From an uncultured Spirochaetota bacterium (GTDB taxonomy: Bacteria > Spirochaetota > Spirochaetia > SZUA-6 > Fen-1364), in contig CAWAHW010000004.1 in assembly GCA_963781885.1 (NCBI GenBank), positions 384,001-448,000 on the forward strand: a DNA stretch of 64,000 nucleotides. Direction: 5' to 3'. Positions 1 to 9,406 of the stretch are shown here, piece after piece. A program made the position numbers and the translations under genes. How positions within the stretch are numbered: the first letter of the stretch is position 1; every line of letters starts with the position of its first letter. A model generated the notes under the pieces. The model was not told where the DNA came from. It searched no databases and saw nothing but the letters and a program-made list of their open reading frames with translations.

Positions 1-240
1 GAAGATGGTGAGCGCGGTGGCCGCCGCCACGAACACCCCGAGCGGGATGCGCGCCCCGAGGGCGAGGAAGGCCTCCTCGGGTCCGTACGACGAGGAGGTG
101 AGACCGTCCGAGCCCAGACCCACCCATGCAAGCAGCGCGGCAAGAGAGAGCTTCTGGAACAGGTCGGGATCCTTGATTGAACGCGCACCGCCGATCAGGA
201 TAGACAGGAGGCGCTGCGCGATGTCTGTCTTCTTCCTCAT
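1..240 (-). CDS. APC-family amino acid/K+ permease, N-terminal part (runs off the window)
   Basis: Manual translation from ATG at 240: MRKKTDIAQRLLSILIGGARSIKDPDLFQKLSLAALLAWVGLGSDGLTSSSYGPEEAFLALG; the SDGLxSSxYGPEEA motif is typical of APC/KimA-like permeases. Not in the ORF track because it has no stop in the window. Confidence 0.8.
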   Translation of the reverse strand, partial: MRKKTDIAQRLLSILIGGARSIKDPDLFQKLSLAALLAWVGLGSDGLTSSSYGPEEAFLALGARIPLGVFVAAATALTIF

Positions 241-319
241 TCAGTCTCTTTGCAAAAGCGGCTCATCTTAGCCGGACGAGCGCGTGGGGCGCAAGCTGCC
301 GCGCGGGAGGCCGTTTTCC

Positions 320-348
320 TTGAATTGCTCCGGCCGCGCGTGTATGAT
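320..348 (+). promoter_or_regulatory. sigma70-type promoter for exbBD
   Basis: TTGAAT-N17-TATGAT, followed by AAGGAG RBS before GTG at 385. Confidence 0.65.
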
Positions 349-384
349 TGATTTGCGTTCATCCGGAACAACAAGGAGACGACA

Positions 385-1005
385 GTGTTTGCAGGCAAAA
401 CCATATTCCAGATTCTTTCCATGGGCGGGTTCACGATGTACGTCCTGCTCCTCTGTTCGGTGCTTTCCCTGGGCGTCATCATCGATCGCGTCGCGAGCTA
501 CTGGAAGAAATCGCGCGTCGCGCGGCCGGCGTTCATGGAAAGAATAAAGGATGAGCTGAAAAAAAAGGATTTTGCGCGCGCCATGGAGATCTGCCGGGAG
601 ACGGAGACCCCGTTCGCCAAGGTGGTGCTTGCGGGCTTGGAGAAGGCCGGCCGCGCAGAAAAGGTCGTCGGCACGGTCATGGAGAGGCAGATCGCCATTG
701 AAGTCGACAAGCTGGAGCGTCTCACGAGCATCGTCGCGACGATCGGAAACATCGCGGTTTACGTCGGGCTTTTCGGCACGGTGCTCGGCATCATCCGCGC
801 CTTCCGCGACATCTCGGCGGCGGGAACCGGCGGCATGGACGTCGTGATCGGCGGCGTCGCGGAGGCGCTCATCACCACCGCCACGGGTCTCGCGGTGGCG
901 GTGCCGTCGGTGATTCTCTACAACTGGTTCAGCCGGCGCATCGAGAGGTTCGAGGGCGACATGCAGCTCGCCGCCTCCGAAGTCTCCGACCTGATCGGGC
1001 GCTAG
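385..1005 (+). CDS. exbB: MotA/TolQ/ExbB proton channel family protein
   Basis: Three TM segments; LATIGNIAVYVGLFGTVLGIIRAF-like and VAEALITTATGLAVAVP motifs. Confidence 0.9.
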   Translation: MFAGKTIFQILSMGGFTMYVLLLCSVLSLGVIIDRVASYWKKSRVARPAFMERIKDELKKKDFARAMEICRETETPFAKVVLAGLEKAGRAEKVVGTVMERQIAIEVDKLERLTSIVATIGNIAVYVGLFGTVLGIIRAFRDISAAGTGGMDVVIGGVAEALITTATGLAVAVPSVILYNWFSRRIERFEGDMQLAASEVSDLIGR

Positions 1006-1006
1006 C

Positions 1007-1414
1007 ATGCGCGGCGCACGGCGCTCCCGCGGCGGGCTGATTGCCGGTATCAACATCACGCCCCTCACGGACGTGGTGCTCGTCCTGCTGGTCATCTTCA
1101 TGATCGCCACACCCCTGCTCATCCGCTCGGAGATCAAGGTGAATCTCCCGCGCACGGCCACGGCGGAGGCCGCGGCGGAAAAGAGTCTCGTGATCACCAT
1201 CGATGCGGCGGGCAATGTCTATCTCGACGGCGCGCGCCTGGCCGTCGCCGACCTTGCCCAGAATCTCACCGCGACCCTCGCAAGCCGGCCCGGCGCCCCC
1301 GTCATCATCATGGGCGACAAGGACGTGCGCTACGACCTGGTGGTGCGGGTCCTGGAGATCGCGAAGTCGGTGGGGGTGAGCCGCCTGTCGCTCGCCGTCG
1401 AGGTGAAAAAGTAA
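1007..1414 (+). CDS. exbD: ExbD/TolR biopolymer transport protein
   Basis: INITPLTDVVLVLLVIFMIATP signature; VNLP; GDKDVRY. Confidence 0.92.
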   Translation: MRGARRSRGGLIAGINITPLTDVVLVLLVIFMIATPLLIRSEIKVNLPRTATAEAAAEKSLVITIDAAGNVYLDGARLAVADLAQNLTATLASRPGAPVIIMGDKDVRYDLVVRVLEIAKSVGVSRLSLAVEVKK

Positions 1415-1444
1415 CACGCCCCTGCCCCCGCGGGGTTGCATCAC

Positions 1445-1473
1445 TCGACAGGCCCCGTGGGGGGCCCTATACT
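1445..1473 (+). promoter_or_regulatory. sigma70-type promoter for the 1501-2829 gene pair
   Basis: TCGACA-N17-TATACT, then AGGAGG RBS before ATG at 1501. Confidence 0.55.
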
Positions 1474-1500
1474 TGCTTCGATCACCGACAGGAGGCTCGC

Positions 1501-2010
1501 ATGGACAATCGCTCGAAGTCCGCCGTCGTGACCGGGACGGTCCTCATCGTCCTGGGTGTGTTCTTCCTCGTCACGCGCTTCGTCCCCAGCTTCTTCCAGG
1601 TCCTGTCCTGGCCGTACATCGTGATCGGCATCGGCGTGGTGTTCATGCTGATCGCCCTGATCACCTGGACGCCCGGGCTCGCGGTGCCTGCCTGCATCAT
1701 CGGCGGCATCGGCGGGATCCTCTTCTGGATGAATCTCACCGGTGAATGGTGGCGATGGTCGTACATGTGGGCCCTCATCCCCGGCTTCGTCGGCGTCGGC
1801 GTGGCGCTCAACGAGCTCCTGGAAGGCCGGCCGCTGCGCGCCCTGCTGGAGGGCGGGTGGCCCATCCTCATCAGCCTCCTCCTGTTCTTCATATTCGGCT
1901 CCTTCCTCGGCGGCCTGCCCTGGACCGGGCCGTGGTGGGCAATCGTGCTGATCGCAATCGGGGCGCTCGTCATCCTGCGGCCCCTGGTAAGGAAAGGAAA
2001 GGGGGACTGA
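1501..2010 (+). CDS. Multi-pass membrane protein (LiaF/LiaI-like TM region)
   Basis: 169 aa, about six hydrophobic helices, WP motifs, strong RBS. Confidence 0.7.
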   Translation: MDNRSKSAVVTGTVLIVLGVFFLVTRFVPSFFQVLSWPYIVIGIGVVFMLIALITWTPGLAVPACIIGGIGGILFWMNLTGEWWRWSYMWALIPGFVGVGVALNELLEGRPLRALLEGGWPILISLLLFFIFGSFLGGLPWTGPWWAIVLIAIGALVILRPLVRKGKGD

Positions 2011-2829
2011 ATGCGCAGGTGGAGCTTCATCGTCGGTGGCATCCTCATCATCCTCGGCGTCTTCTCCCTCCTTCAGGTCGCCCTGGACGCCATCGGCATC
2101 GTCTTCCGCATCTGGTGGGTCTTCTGGCCGCTCGTTCTCATTGCCGTGGGAGTGTGGATCATCATGGGGTTCACGCGCGCCGGCTTTTCCGCCCTTCCGC
2201 GCGAACAATCATCGGTCCCCCTGGAAGGGGCGCAGACAGGCTCCGTCACCGTGCATCACGGCGCGGGAAGGCTCACGATCGGCGCCGGGGCGCCGGCGGA
2301 CCAGCTCCTCTCCGGCAGCTTCGGCGGCGGTCTGGACGCCTCGCGCCGCGTGGATGCCGGCAGGCTCTCCGTCGACATGAGGGTGCGGGACCGCACCGTT
2401 TCCCATTACATCTTCGGCCCCTGGCACAGGGGCTGGGCGGGAGCGCTCGATTGGGATTTCGATCTCAACCCGTCGCTGCCGCTTTCCCTGCGCCTGGAGA
2501 CCGGCGCGAGCGAAAGCCACCTGTCGCTCACCGATCTGCAGGTCCGCGAGCTGCACCTGAAGACCGGCGCGAGCTCGACGACCATCGACCTGCCGGCTGC
2601 CGCGGGCTTCACGCGCGTCATCGTGGAATCCGGGGCGGCATCCGTGCGGTTGCGGGTTCCCTCGTCCGTCGCCGCCACGATACGGGTGAGGAGCGCCCTT
2701 GCCGGCATCCGCGTCGACTCGTCGCGCTTCCACCGCTCGGGCGGCTCCTATGCGTCGGCGGACTACGATTCAGCGAAGAACAAGGTGGAGATCGACGTCG
2801 AGACCGGCGTCGGATCGGTGGAGATCTGA
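2011..2829 (+). CDS. LiaF-like / toast-rack (DUF2154-like) cell-envelope protein
   Basis: Two N-terminal TM helices (WPLVLIAVG) plus a beta-repeat domain (LETGASE, LKTGASS, VESGAAS, VETGVGSVEI); abuts the upstream stop. Confidence 0.7.
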   Translation: MRRWSFIVGGILIILGVFSLLQVALDAIGIVFRIWWVFWPLVLIAVGVWIIMGFTRAGFSALPREQSSVPLEGAQTGSVTVHHGAGRLTIGAGAPADQLLSGSFGGGLDASRRVDAGRLSVDMRVRDRTVSHYIFGPWHRGWAGALDWDFDLNPSLPLSLRLETGASESHLSLTDLQVRELHLKTGASSTTIDLPAAAGFTRVIVESGAASVRLRVPSSVAATIRVRSALAGIRVDSSRFHRSGGSYASADYDSAKNKVEIDVETGVGSVEI

Positions 2830-2883
2830 CTAGGCGGCGCGGCCCCCGCAGGCGCGGCGCCGCGCCCTTTCCTTCGACCCGCC

Positions 2884-3915
2884 CTAGCGCATCTGCCAGA
2901 AAGACGGCAGGAGAAGCCGAAGCGCGGTATCCGCCGCGACCCCGAGGATGAAGAGGTTCCCGAACCTCCTGTTGTGCACGAAGCACACGGTGGAGAACCA
3001 TCGCGGCCAGACGGGATAGCCGGGCGGCGCCTCCGTCGGCCGGGGCTTTGCAAGCTTCGTGACGGCCTTCCATGCCTGCGGCGCTGCGATAAAAACCACG
3101 AGCATGACAGGTGTGAAGAATCGCGAGACGGCCACCGCGTACAGCGTGACGGCATAGGCGAGCGCGATCGCCGCAATCGTCGCGACGCGCGCCGCCGTTT
3201 CGCCGATCAGGACGGGAAGCGTGTGGATTCCCTTCTGCCTGTCCTGCCCTGACTTATCGATGTGCTTGCCGAGATTGATGCTCGCCGTGCTCAGGCCGAA
3301 GGGAATGCCCGCGACTGCCACGGCCCAGCTCCAGTGGTGGGCGAGCACGAGAAACACCCCGCCGATCATCACGGGACCCCAGATGATGAAGATCGTGAGC
3401 TCGCCCACCGCCACGTGCTTCAGCGGATAGGTGTACAGGAGGAGCATGAGGGCGCCATAGGCGAACAGGCCGACGACGACCGGATCGAACTTGGTGTAGA
3501 AAAGCGCGAAGACCGCGGAGGCCAGCCCCAGGATGCCCGTGATGACGAACCACCGCACCTGTACCGGCTTGCTCCAGAAGCCCTGCGCGAGAGGGTGCAC
3601 CCCGTACTGGGTGCGGAAGTAGTTGTCGGTGTCGACGCCGCGTCGGTAATCCGTGTAGTCGTTGAGCAGGTTGTTGGCCCCGTGCGCAAGGAAGAGACCC
3701 AGTGTCATGACGAGCCACGGCAGGGGCGAGAAGACGCCGTCGCGGAGGGCAAAAAGCCCCGCGATGACGCAGGAGCACAGCGTCACCGTCGTGACGCCGG
3801 ATCGGGTGGCGATCAGCCACTTGGAGATCACGTCCAGCGCGTCCCACTCCTGCTTCTTTTCCATCCGCACGAGCTGGGTCGACGCCCTTTTCCACATTGC
3901 CAGGTTGACTGCCAT
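2884..3915 (-). CDS. menA: UbiA-family prenyltransferase (MenA-like)
   Basis: NLLNDYTDYRRGVD and KHIDKSGQDRQKGIHTLPV Asp-rich motifs, many TM helices; ATG at 3915 chosen for its GGAG RBS. Confidence 0.75.
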   Translation of the reverse strand: MAVNLAMWKRASTQLVRMEKKQEWDALDVISKWLIATRSGVTTVTLCSCVIAGLFALRDGVFSPLPWLVMTLGLFLAHGANNLLNDYTDYRRGVDTDNYFRTQYGVHPLAQGFWSKPVQVRWFVITGILGLASAVFALFYTKFDPVVVGLFAYGALMLLLYTYPLKHVAVGELTIFIIWGPVMIGGVFLVLAHHWSWAVAVAGIPFGLSTASINLGKHIDKSGQDRQKGIHTLPVLIGETAARVATIAAIALAYAVTLYAVAVSRFFTPVMLVVFIAAPQAWKAVTKLAKPRPTEAPPGYPVWPRWFSTVCFVHNRRFGNLFILGVAADTALRLLLPSFWQMR

Positions 3916-3973
3916 TCCCTTCTCCTTGCGCGCGTTCGTTGGCTTCAATATACGGAGGAGAATGGCGGGAGGA

Positions 3974-4004
3974 AAAGAAGCGCGCGCGGGAGCTCCCGCG
4001 CGCG
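3974..4004 (-). terminator. Intrinsic terminator of the pyrimidine catabolic operon
   Basis: Perfect 24-bp palindrome CGCGCGCGGGAGCTCCCGCGCGCG (3981-4004) followed on the minus strand by CTTCTTTT. Confidence 0.7.
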
Positions 4005-4016
4005 AAAACGGGCGGC

Positions 4017-5348
4017 TTAAGACTTCCTGACGAGCGTGTCGGTCCAGGCCAGGCCCTTTTCTATGGTGGCGACCATCTCGTCGATCTGCGGCCGGGTGAT
4101 GATGAGCGGCGGGGAGATGAAGATGTAGTCCCAGTTGCTATAGAGGTACAACCCGTTGTCCATGAAGATCTTGCCCAGCTGCCCCGAGACGTTGCGGATG
4201 GAATCGTTGAAGCCCGCCAGGGGCGCCTTTGTCTTCTTGTCGGAGACCAGCTCGATGCACGCCCACAGCCCTTTGCAGCGCGTGTCGCCCACCGAGGGGT
4301 GCTTTGCTTCCAGCGCCTTCAACTTGCCTGCCAGGTACTCTCCGTCTTTCGCCGATTTCTCGATGAGGTTGTCCTTCTTGTAGACCTCGATGTTCGCGAT
4401 GCCGCACGCGCAGGCGAGCGCGTGGCCGCAGTAGGTGAGACCCGAGGTGAACTTCCGCTCCTGGAAGTAGTCCCAGATCTTCTTGCTCCAGATGGTCGCG
4501 CCCAGCTGCACGTACCCGGACGTGATGCCCTTTGCCGTGGAGATGATGTCCGGCACGACGTCGAAGTGCTGGATGCCGAACCACGCCCCCGAGCGGCCCC
4601 ACCCCGCCATGACCTCGTCGGAGATCAGGAGGATGCCGTTCTCGTCGCAGAGCTGGCGCAGGCCCTTCATGTAGCTCACGGGAGGGACGATGATCCCGTT
4701 CGTGCCGACGATGGGCTCGATGATGATGGCCGCCACCGACTTGGGGTTGTCGTACATGAGCTGCTCTTTCAGCACCGCGAGCGTCTTCTGCCCGCATTCC
4801 TCCGCATCGCGCGACCCGAAGGGGCAGCGGTACGGATAGGGGCCGAAGAAATGCTCGACGCCGGGGATGCCGGGTTCCGCGGGCCAGCGGCGCGGGTCGC
4901 CCGACAGGGTGATGGCACCGGCGGTGGCGCCGTGGTAGCTCTTCCAGGCGGCGTAGATCTTGTGCCGGCCGGTGAACCAGCGGGCGGACTTGATGGCGTT
5001 CTCATTCGCTTCGGCGCCGCCGTTTGTGAACAGCACGTAGTCGAGGTCTCCCGGGGTGACCTCGGCAACCATGGAGGCGAGCTTCGCCTTGGGCTCGGTG
5101 CCGAATCCTGGCGACACGAAGCACAGCTTCTCCATCTGCGCCTTCATCGCGTCCAGCACGTGCCGGTTGCCGTGGCCCAGGTTGATGTTGAGCAGGCCCG
5201 AGCAGCCGTCGATGATCGCGCGGCCGTCGTTGTCGTACATATAGATGCCTTCCGCGTGATCGATCACGGTCGGCTTCCACCCGCCTTGCGCCTTCCAGCT
5301 GTAGATCACGTGCTCGCGGTCGAGCTTCTGCAGTTCGTCAGTCTTCAT
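4017..5348 (-). CDS. Class III PLP aminotransferase (probable beta-alanine transaminase)
   Basis: FTNGGAEANENA, SYHGAT, LISDEVMAGWGRSG, STAKG (PLP lysine); last gene of the pyrimidine catabolic operon. Confidence 0.85.
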   Translation of the reverse strand: MKTDELQKLDREHVIYSWKAQGGWKPTVIDHAEGIYMYDNDGRAIIDGCSGLLNINLGHGNRHVLDAMKAQMEKLCFVSPGFGTEPKAKLASMVAEVTPGDLDYVLFTNGGAEANENAIKSARWFTGRHKIYAAWKSYHGATAGAITLSGDPRRWPAEPGIPGVEHFFGPYPYRCPFGSRDAEECGQKTLAVLKEQLMYDNPKSVAAIIIEPIVGTNGIIVPPVSYMKGLRQLCDENGILLISDEVMAGWGRSGAWFGIQHFDVVPDIISTAKGITSGYVQLGATIWSKKIWDYFQERKFTSGLTYCGHALACACGIANIEVYKKDNLIEKSAKDGEYLAGKLKALEAKHPSVGDTRCKGLWACIELVSDKKTKAPLAGFNDSIRNVSGQLGKIFMDNGLYLYSNWDYIFISPPLIITRPQIDEMVATIEKGLAWTDTLVRKS

Positions 5349-5385
5349 TGTCTCTCCTGTCACCCTTCGGGGCGCGTGCGGCGTC

Positions 5386-6651
5386 CTATTTCTCGTTCGC
5401 GGTTGCAATCAGGCAGTGCAGCAGGACATTTGCGCCGGCCGCGCAATCCTCCCACGTGGTGTTTTCCACTTCCACGTGGCTGCGTCCGCCAATGCTCGGC
5501 ACGAACACCATGGCCGTGGGGCAGACCTGATTCATGTAGCTTGCGTCGTGACCGGCGCCGCTCACCATGTGCAGGTGGGAATATCCCAATTCCTTCGCGG
5601 TGTCCAGCACCCTTTGCACGAGCTTTTCGCTGAAGGGCGCATGCGGGCAGCGCCATGTTTCCTCGATTCGCAGGGGGGTGCCACGCCGCGCCGCGATGGC
5701 GGCGAAATCCTTTTTCAGAAGCTCCCATGCCTTCACGGCATGCTCGTCATCCCAGGACCGTATGTCCACCGTGAAATGCACCTTGTCGGGGATGATGTTG
5801 CGCGAGTTTGGCCCGTTCTGTATCTCGCCGACGGTGGCCACCATGTCGCCACGGTACGCCGTGGATTTGTCGCCTTTCATCCTCCCGGGCAGCGTGTTGA
5901 CCGCCAGGATCATCTCCGCCGCGGAGCACAGCGCGTCGTGACGGCCCTCCATCGGCGTCGGCCCGACCTGGTTCGCCTCCCCTTCCAGATACACGTCGTA
6001 CCAGTGCAGGCACAGGATGCCCTTGGGCACCCCGATGGTCTTTCCCTGCCGCTCCAGCAGCGGGCCCTGCTCGATGTGAAACTCGTAGTAGGCGTGCGTG
6101 GGCCACTTTTTTGCCGGCGCGCTTCCCTTGTAACCGATGCGCACCAGCTCGTCTCCCAGCTTCTTCCCGTCCCTATCCGTGCGGGCGTAGACCCAGTCGC
6201 GCTCCAGCGCGCCTGCCCACACCCCCGAGGCAACCATGGCCGGTGCGAAGCGCGAGCCTTCCTCATTCGTCCAGTCCACGATGATGAGGGGCCGCTCCGT
6301 CTCCACGTGGTTGTCGTGCAGCGTGCGCATGACTTCCAGGGTGCCCATGACCCCGAGGATCCCGTCGAATCTCCCGCCCCGGGGCTGCGAGTCCACGTGC
6401 GATCCGCTCATGACCGGCGGCAGGCTGTCGTTGCGGCCCTTTCTCCTGCCGAATATGTTGCCCATCTCGTCGATGGTGACGGTAAGGTCGATCTCTTTCA
6501 GCCATTGAACGAAAAGGTCGCGGGCGCGCTTGTCCTCATCCGAGAGGGTGAGCCTCTGCACGCCCCCCGCCGGTGTCGCCCCGATCTTCGCCATCTCTTC
6601 GAGGCTTCGTCGCAGGCGGCCGGCATCGATCCGCAGCTTCGCTGTATCCAT
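5386..6651 (-). CDS. pydC: Zn-dependent M20 amidohydrolase, beta-ureidopropionase (PydC type)
   Basis: GSHVDSQPRGGRFDG, WTNEEGSRF, EFHIEQGP, SGAGHDA motifs; real start MDTAKLRID at 6651. Confidence 0.85.
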   Translation of the reverse strand: MDTAKLRIDAGRLRRSLEEMAKIGATPAGGVQRLTLSDEDKRARDLFVQWLKEIDLTVTIDEMGNIFGRRKGRNDSLPPVMSGSHVDSQPRGGRFDGILGVMGTLEVMRTLHDNHVETERPLIIVDWTNEEGSRFAPAMVASGVWAGALERDWVYARTDRDGKKLGDELVRIGYKGSAPAKKWPTHAYYEFHIEQGPLLERQGKTIGVPKGILCLHWYDVYLEGEANQVGPTPMEGRHDALCSAAEMILAVNTLPGRMKGDKSTAYRGDMVATVGEIQNGPNSRNIIPDKVHFTVDIRSWDDEHAVKAWELLKKDFAAIAARRGTPLRIEETWRCPHAPFSEKLVQRVLDTAKELGYSHLHMVSGAGHDASYMNQVCPTAMVFVPSIGGRSHVEVENTTWEDCAAGANVLLHCLIATANEK

Positions 6652-6680
6652 GGGTTCTCCTCCCGGCCGGATTAATTCGG

Positions 6681-8072
6681 CTAGAAAAGGGCGATGGGGT
6701 CGCGCTTCACGAACCTGCCTTTCCCGACCTCGCCGACGAACTTTATCTGGTCGCCCGACCACTCCGCCACCTTCCTGCCGCGGGAGTAGACGATCTGGGG
6801 CATGCCGGTCATCTTCCAGCCTTCCCAGGGGGTGTAATCCACGTTCTGGTGCAGCTTCTTCTGGGTGATCGTGAACTCCCTCTTCGGGTCGAAGACGACG
6901 ATATCGGCATCCTTGCCCGGGGCGATGGCGCCCTTGTTCGTCAGACCGAACATCCGGGCGGTGCCCGTGGACAGCACGTCCACCATGCGCTCCTTCGTGA
7001 TGCGGCCCTTCACGACGCCTTCCGTGTGCAGGAGCATCAACATGGTTTCGATGCCGGGTGCGCCGTTGGGAATCACCTTGTAGTCGTTCTTGCCGTTCAT
7101 GTCCTTCTGGCCCTTGAAGTTGAACGGGCAGTGATCCGTGCCGACGGTCTGCACGTCGCCGTCCCGCAGCCCGAGCCACAGCTCGTCCAGGCTTTCCTGC
7201 GGCCGCAGCGGCGGGGACATGACGTATTTCGCGCCGTTCCAGTCCGGTTCGTTGTACCTGTCCTCCGTGAAGGTGAGGTACTGGGGGCAGGTCTCCGCGT
7301 AGACCCGCAGGCCGCGATCGCGCGCCTTCTTGACCTTCCACATCCCCTGGCCCGAGGAGAGGTGCACGATGTAGATCCTGCTGCCGGTGAACTCCACGGC
7401 CTTCGTGGCGCGGTCAACGGCTTCCTCCTCCGCCATGATGGCGTGGGCCTTCGCATGATAGATCGGTGAAAGCTTTCCTTCCGCGGCGAACTGCTCGTTC
7501 AGACGGCGGATCATGTCGAAGCTCTCCGCGTGCACCTGCACCAGTCCACCGTACTTCTTCGTCTCTTCGAGGAGCCGGATCATTGCATAGTCGTCGACCC
7601 GGAAATCATAGAAGAGGAAAATCTTGAAGCTGGGCGTGCCATAATCGTTGATGGCCTTCTTCACCTCGTCGAAGACGTCGGGGCGCGCATCGGTGACCCC
7701 GGGATGGATGCTGTAGTCCACCACGGTCTTCCCGTCGGCCTTGCCTTTCTGCCGGTCCACCGCATCCTGCAGGCTCTCCCCCTTGTTCTGGAGGTTGAAG
7801 TCCACGATGCAGGTCGTTCCGCCGCAGGCAGCCGCGATGGAGCCCGTCTTCCAGTCGTCGGAAGACGTGGTCCCCATGAAGGGCATGGCGATGTGCGTAT
7901 GCGGGTCGATGGCGCCGGGCAGGATGTACTTGCCCGTGGCATCCACGGTTTCATCCGCCTTCACGGTGAGACCCGCGCCGATGGTCTTGATGGCGTCCCC
8001 TTCCACGAACACGTCCGCGACGTAGGACCCGCTGGCCGTCACGATGCACCCGTTCTTCAACAGCACGCTCAT
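6681..8072 (-). CDS. hydA: Dihydropyrimidinase
   Basis: PGAIDPHTH, SFKIF (carbamylated Lys), VHAE, AETCPQY, MSPPLR, GTDHCPF. Confidence 0.93.
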   Translation of the reverse strand: MSVLLKNGCIVTASGSYVADVFVEGDAIKTIGAGLTVKADETVDATGKYILPGAIDPHTHIAMPFMGTTSSDDWKTGSIAAACGGTTCIVDFNLQNKGESLQDAVDRQKGKADGKTVVDYSIHPGVTDARPDVFDEVKKAINDYGTPSFKIFLFYDFRVDDYAMIRLLEETKKYGGLVQVHAESFDMIRRLNEQFAAEGKLSPIYHAKAHAIMAEEEAVDRATKAVEFTGSRIYIVHLSSGQGMWKVKKARDRGLRVYAETCPQYLTFTEDRYNEPDWNGAKYVMSPPLRPQESLDELWLGLRDGDVQTVGTDHCPFNFKGQKDMNGKNDYKVIPNGAPGIETMLMLLHTEGVVKGRITKERMVDVLSTGTARMFGLTNKGAIAPGKDADIVVFDPKREFTITQKKLHQNVDYTPWEGWKMTGMPQIVYSRGRKVAEWSGDQIKFVGEVGKGRFVKRDPIALF

Positions 8073-8103
8073 ACTCGTCCCCTTTCGCTTTTCGCTGGAA
8101 TAC

Positions 8104-9396
8104 TCACGCGGTCGCCATGGGCGACAGCTTCACCTGCCTCTCCATCCCCTTGTCCATGACGGCCGTGGGCCGGCGTGTCCAGCCCGCCGGCATCTCCTTG
8201 TGCGTGATGAGACCCGGCACGGGACAGATGAAGCTGCAGATCATGCAGCTCAGACACTTGTCCTCCACCAGCTTCGGCCGGCGCCTCTCCGCGTCCCATT
8301 CCAACGCCTGGCCGCCGGCGTCACGGCAGACGATGAAGCACTGGCCGCAGCCCACGCAGCGGTCCATGTCGTAGGCGGCAATTCCCTGGCGTTTCAGGTC
8401 GAAATGATCGGTGGTCTGCAGCTTGGGCAGCGCCTTGCCGATCAGGTCCTCCACACGCGTGATCCCACGGGAGACCATGTAATCCGACAACCCCTCCAGG
8501 ATGTCGCGCACGATGCGATAGCCGTACTTGATGACGCCCGTGGTGACCTGCACGATGGATGCGCCGACCAGGAGATACTCCAGCGCGTCGATCCACGTCT
8601 CCACGCCGCCCATGCCGGACAGCGGAAGGCCGAGCTCGGCGCATTGCGCCATCTCCGCAATGAAGTGCAGCGCGATGGGCTTTATGGCCGCGCCCGAGTA
8701 CCCGCTCATGGCGCCCACGCCGAAGACGTTCGGCTTTGCCACCCAATCGTCCAGCCCGATCTCCGAGATGCCGCGGAGCGTATTCACCGCGGAGATCGCA
8801 TCGGCCCCGCCCTTCTTTGCAAAAAGCGCGGGCTCCGTCATGTCGGTGATGTTCGGCGTCATCTTCGCCATGACGGGAACCTTCACCGCCTTTTTCACCG
8901 TGGCGGTGAACTTCTCCAGCAGGTGGAACGCCTGCCCCACCTTGTGACCCGAGCCCTCCACGGTCATGTGCGGGCAGGAGAAGTTGAGCTCCAGCATGTC
9001 GGCGCCATGGTCCGCCGCCGCCTTTGCAAGGTATGCCCATTCATCGTTGGAGAAGCCCATGATGCTCGCGATGATCGGGTGATCGGGATACCGCTTTTTC
9101 AGGTACAGGAAATCCGCGAGGTTGTCCTTCAGGGGCCTGTCGGAGATCTGCTCCACGTTCTGCAGGCCGATGAGCCTCTTGGCCTCGTAATGATACGCGT
9201 TCATCCGCGGCGACGGATGGATGATGGGAATGCGGTCCGAGTTCAGCGTCTTGTAGCAGACCCCTCCCCAGCCTTCCGCGTACGCCTTCTCCACCATCTC
9301 CGCGCTGTTCGACACCGGTGAGGAGGAGAGGATGAAGGGGTTGGGAAATCGAACCCCGCAGAAGCTCACGGACATATCGAGGTGAGTATTGGACAT
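8104..9396 (-). CDS. preA: NAD-dependent dihydropyrimidine dehydrogenase subunit PreA
   Basis: GLQNVEQISD, ELNFSCPH, GYSGAAIKPIAL, two C-terminal 4Fe-4S motifs (CVGCGQC, CLSCMIC). Confidence 0.93.
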   Translation of the reverse strand: MSNTHLDMSVSFCGVRFPNPFILSSSPVSNSAEMVEKAYAEGWGGVCYKTLNSDRIPIIHPSPRMNAYHYEAKRLIGLQNVEQISDRPLKDNLADFLYLKKRYPDHPIIASIMGFSNDEWAYLAKAAADHGADMLELNFSCPHMTVEGSGHKVGQAFHLLEKFTATVKKAVKVPVMAKMTPNITDMTEPALFAKKGGADAISAVNTLRGISEIGLDDWVAKPNVFGVGAMSGYSGAAIKPIALHFIAEMAQCAELGLPLSGMGGVETWIDALEYLLVGASIVQVTTGVIKYGYRIVRDILEGLSDYMVSRGITRVEDLIGKALPKLQTTDHFDLKRQGIAAYDMDRCVGCGQCFIVCRDAGGQALEWDAERRRPKLVEDKCLSCMICSFICPVPGLITHKEMPAGWTRRPTAVMDKGMERQVKLSPMATA

Positions 9397-9406
9397 GGTG
9401 CGCCTC

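Noticed and set aside
5386-7341. 651-aa ORF suggesting a fused hydrolase
   Set aside because: The N-terminal ~230 aa overlap hydA in another frame; the real start with an RBS is at 6651.
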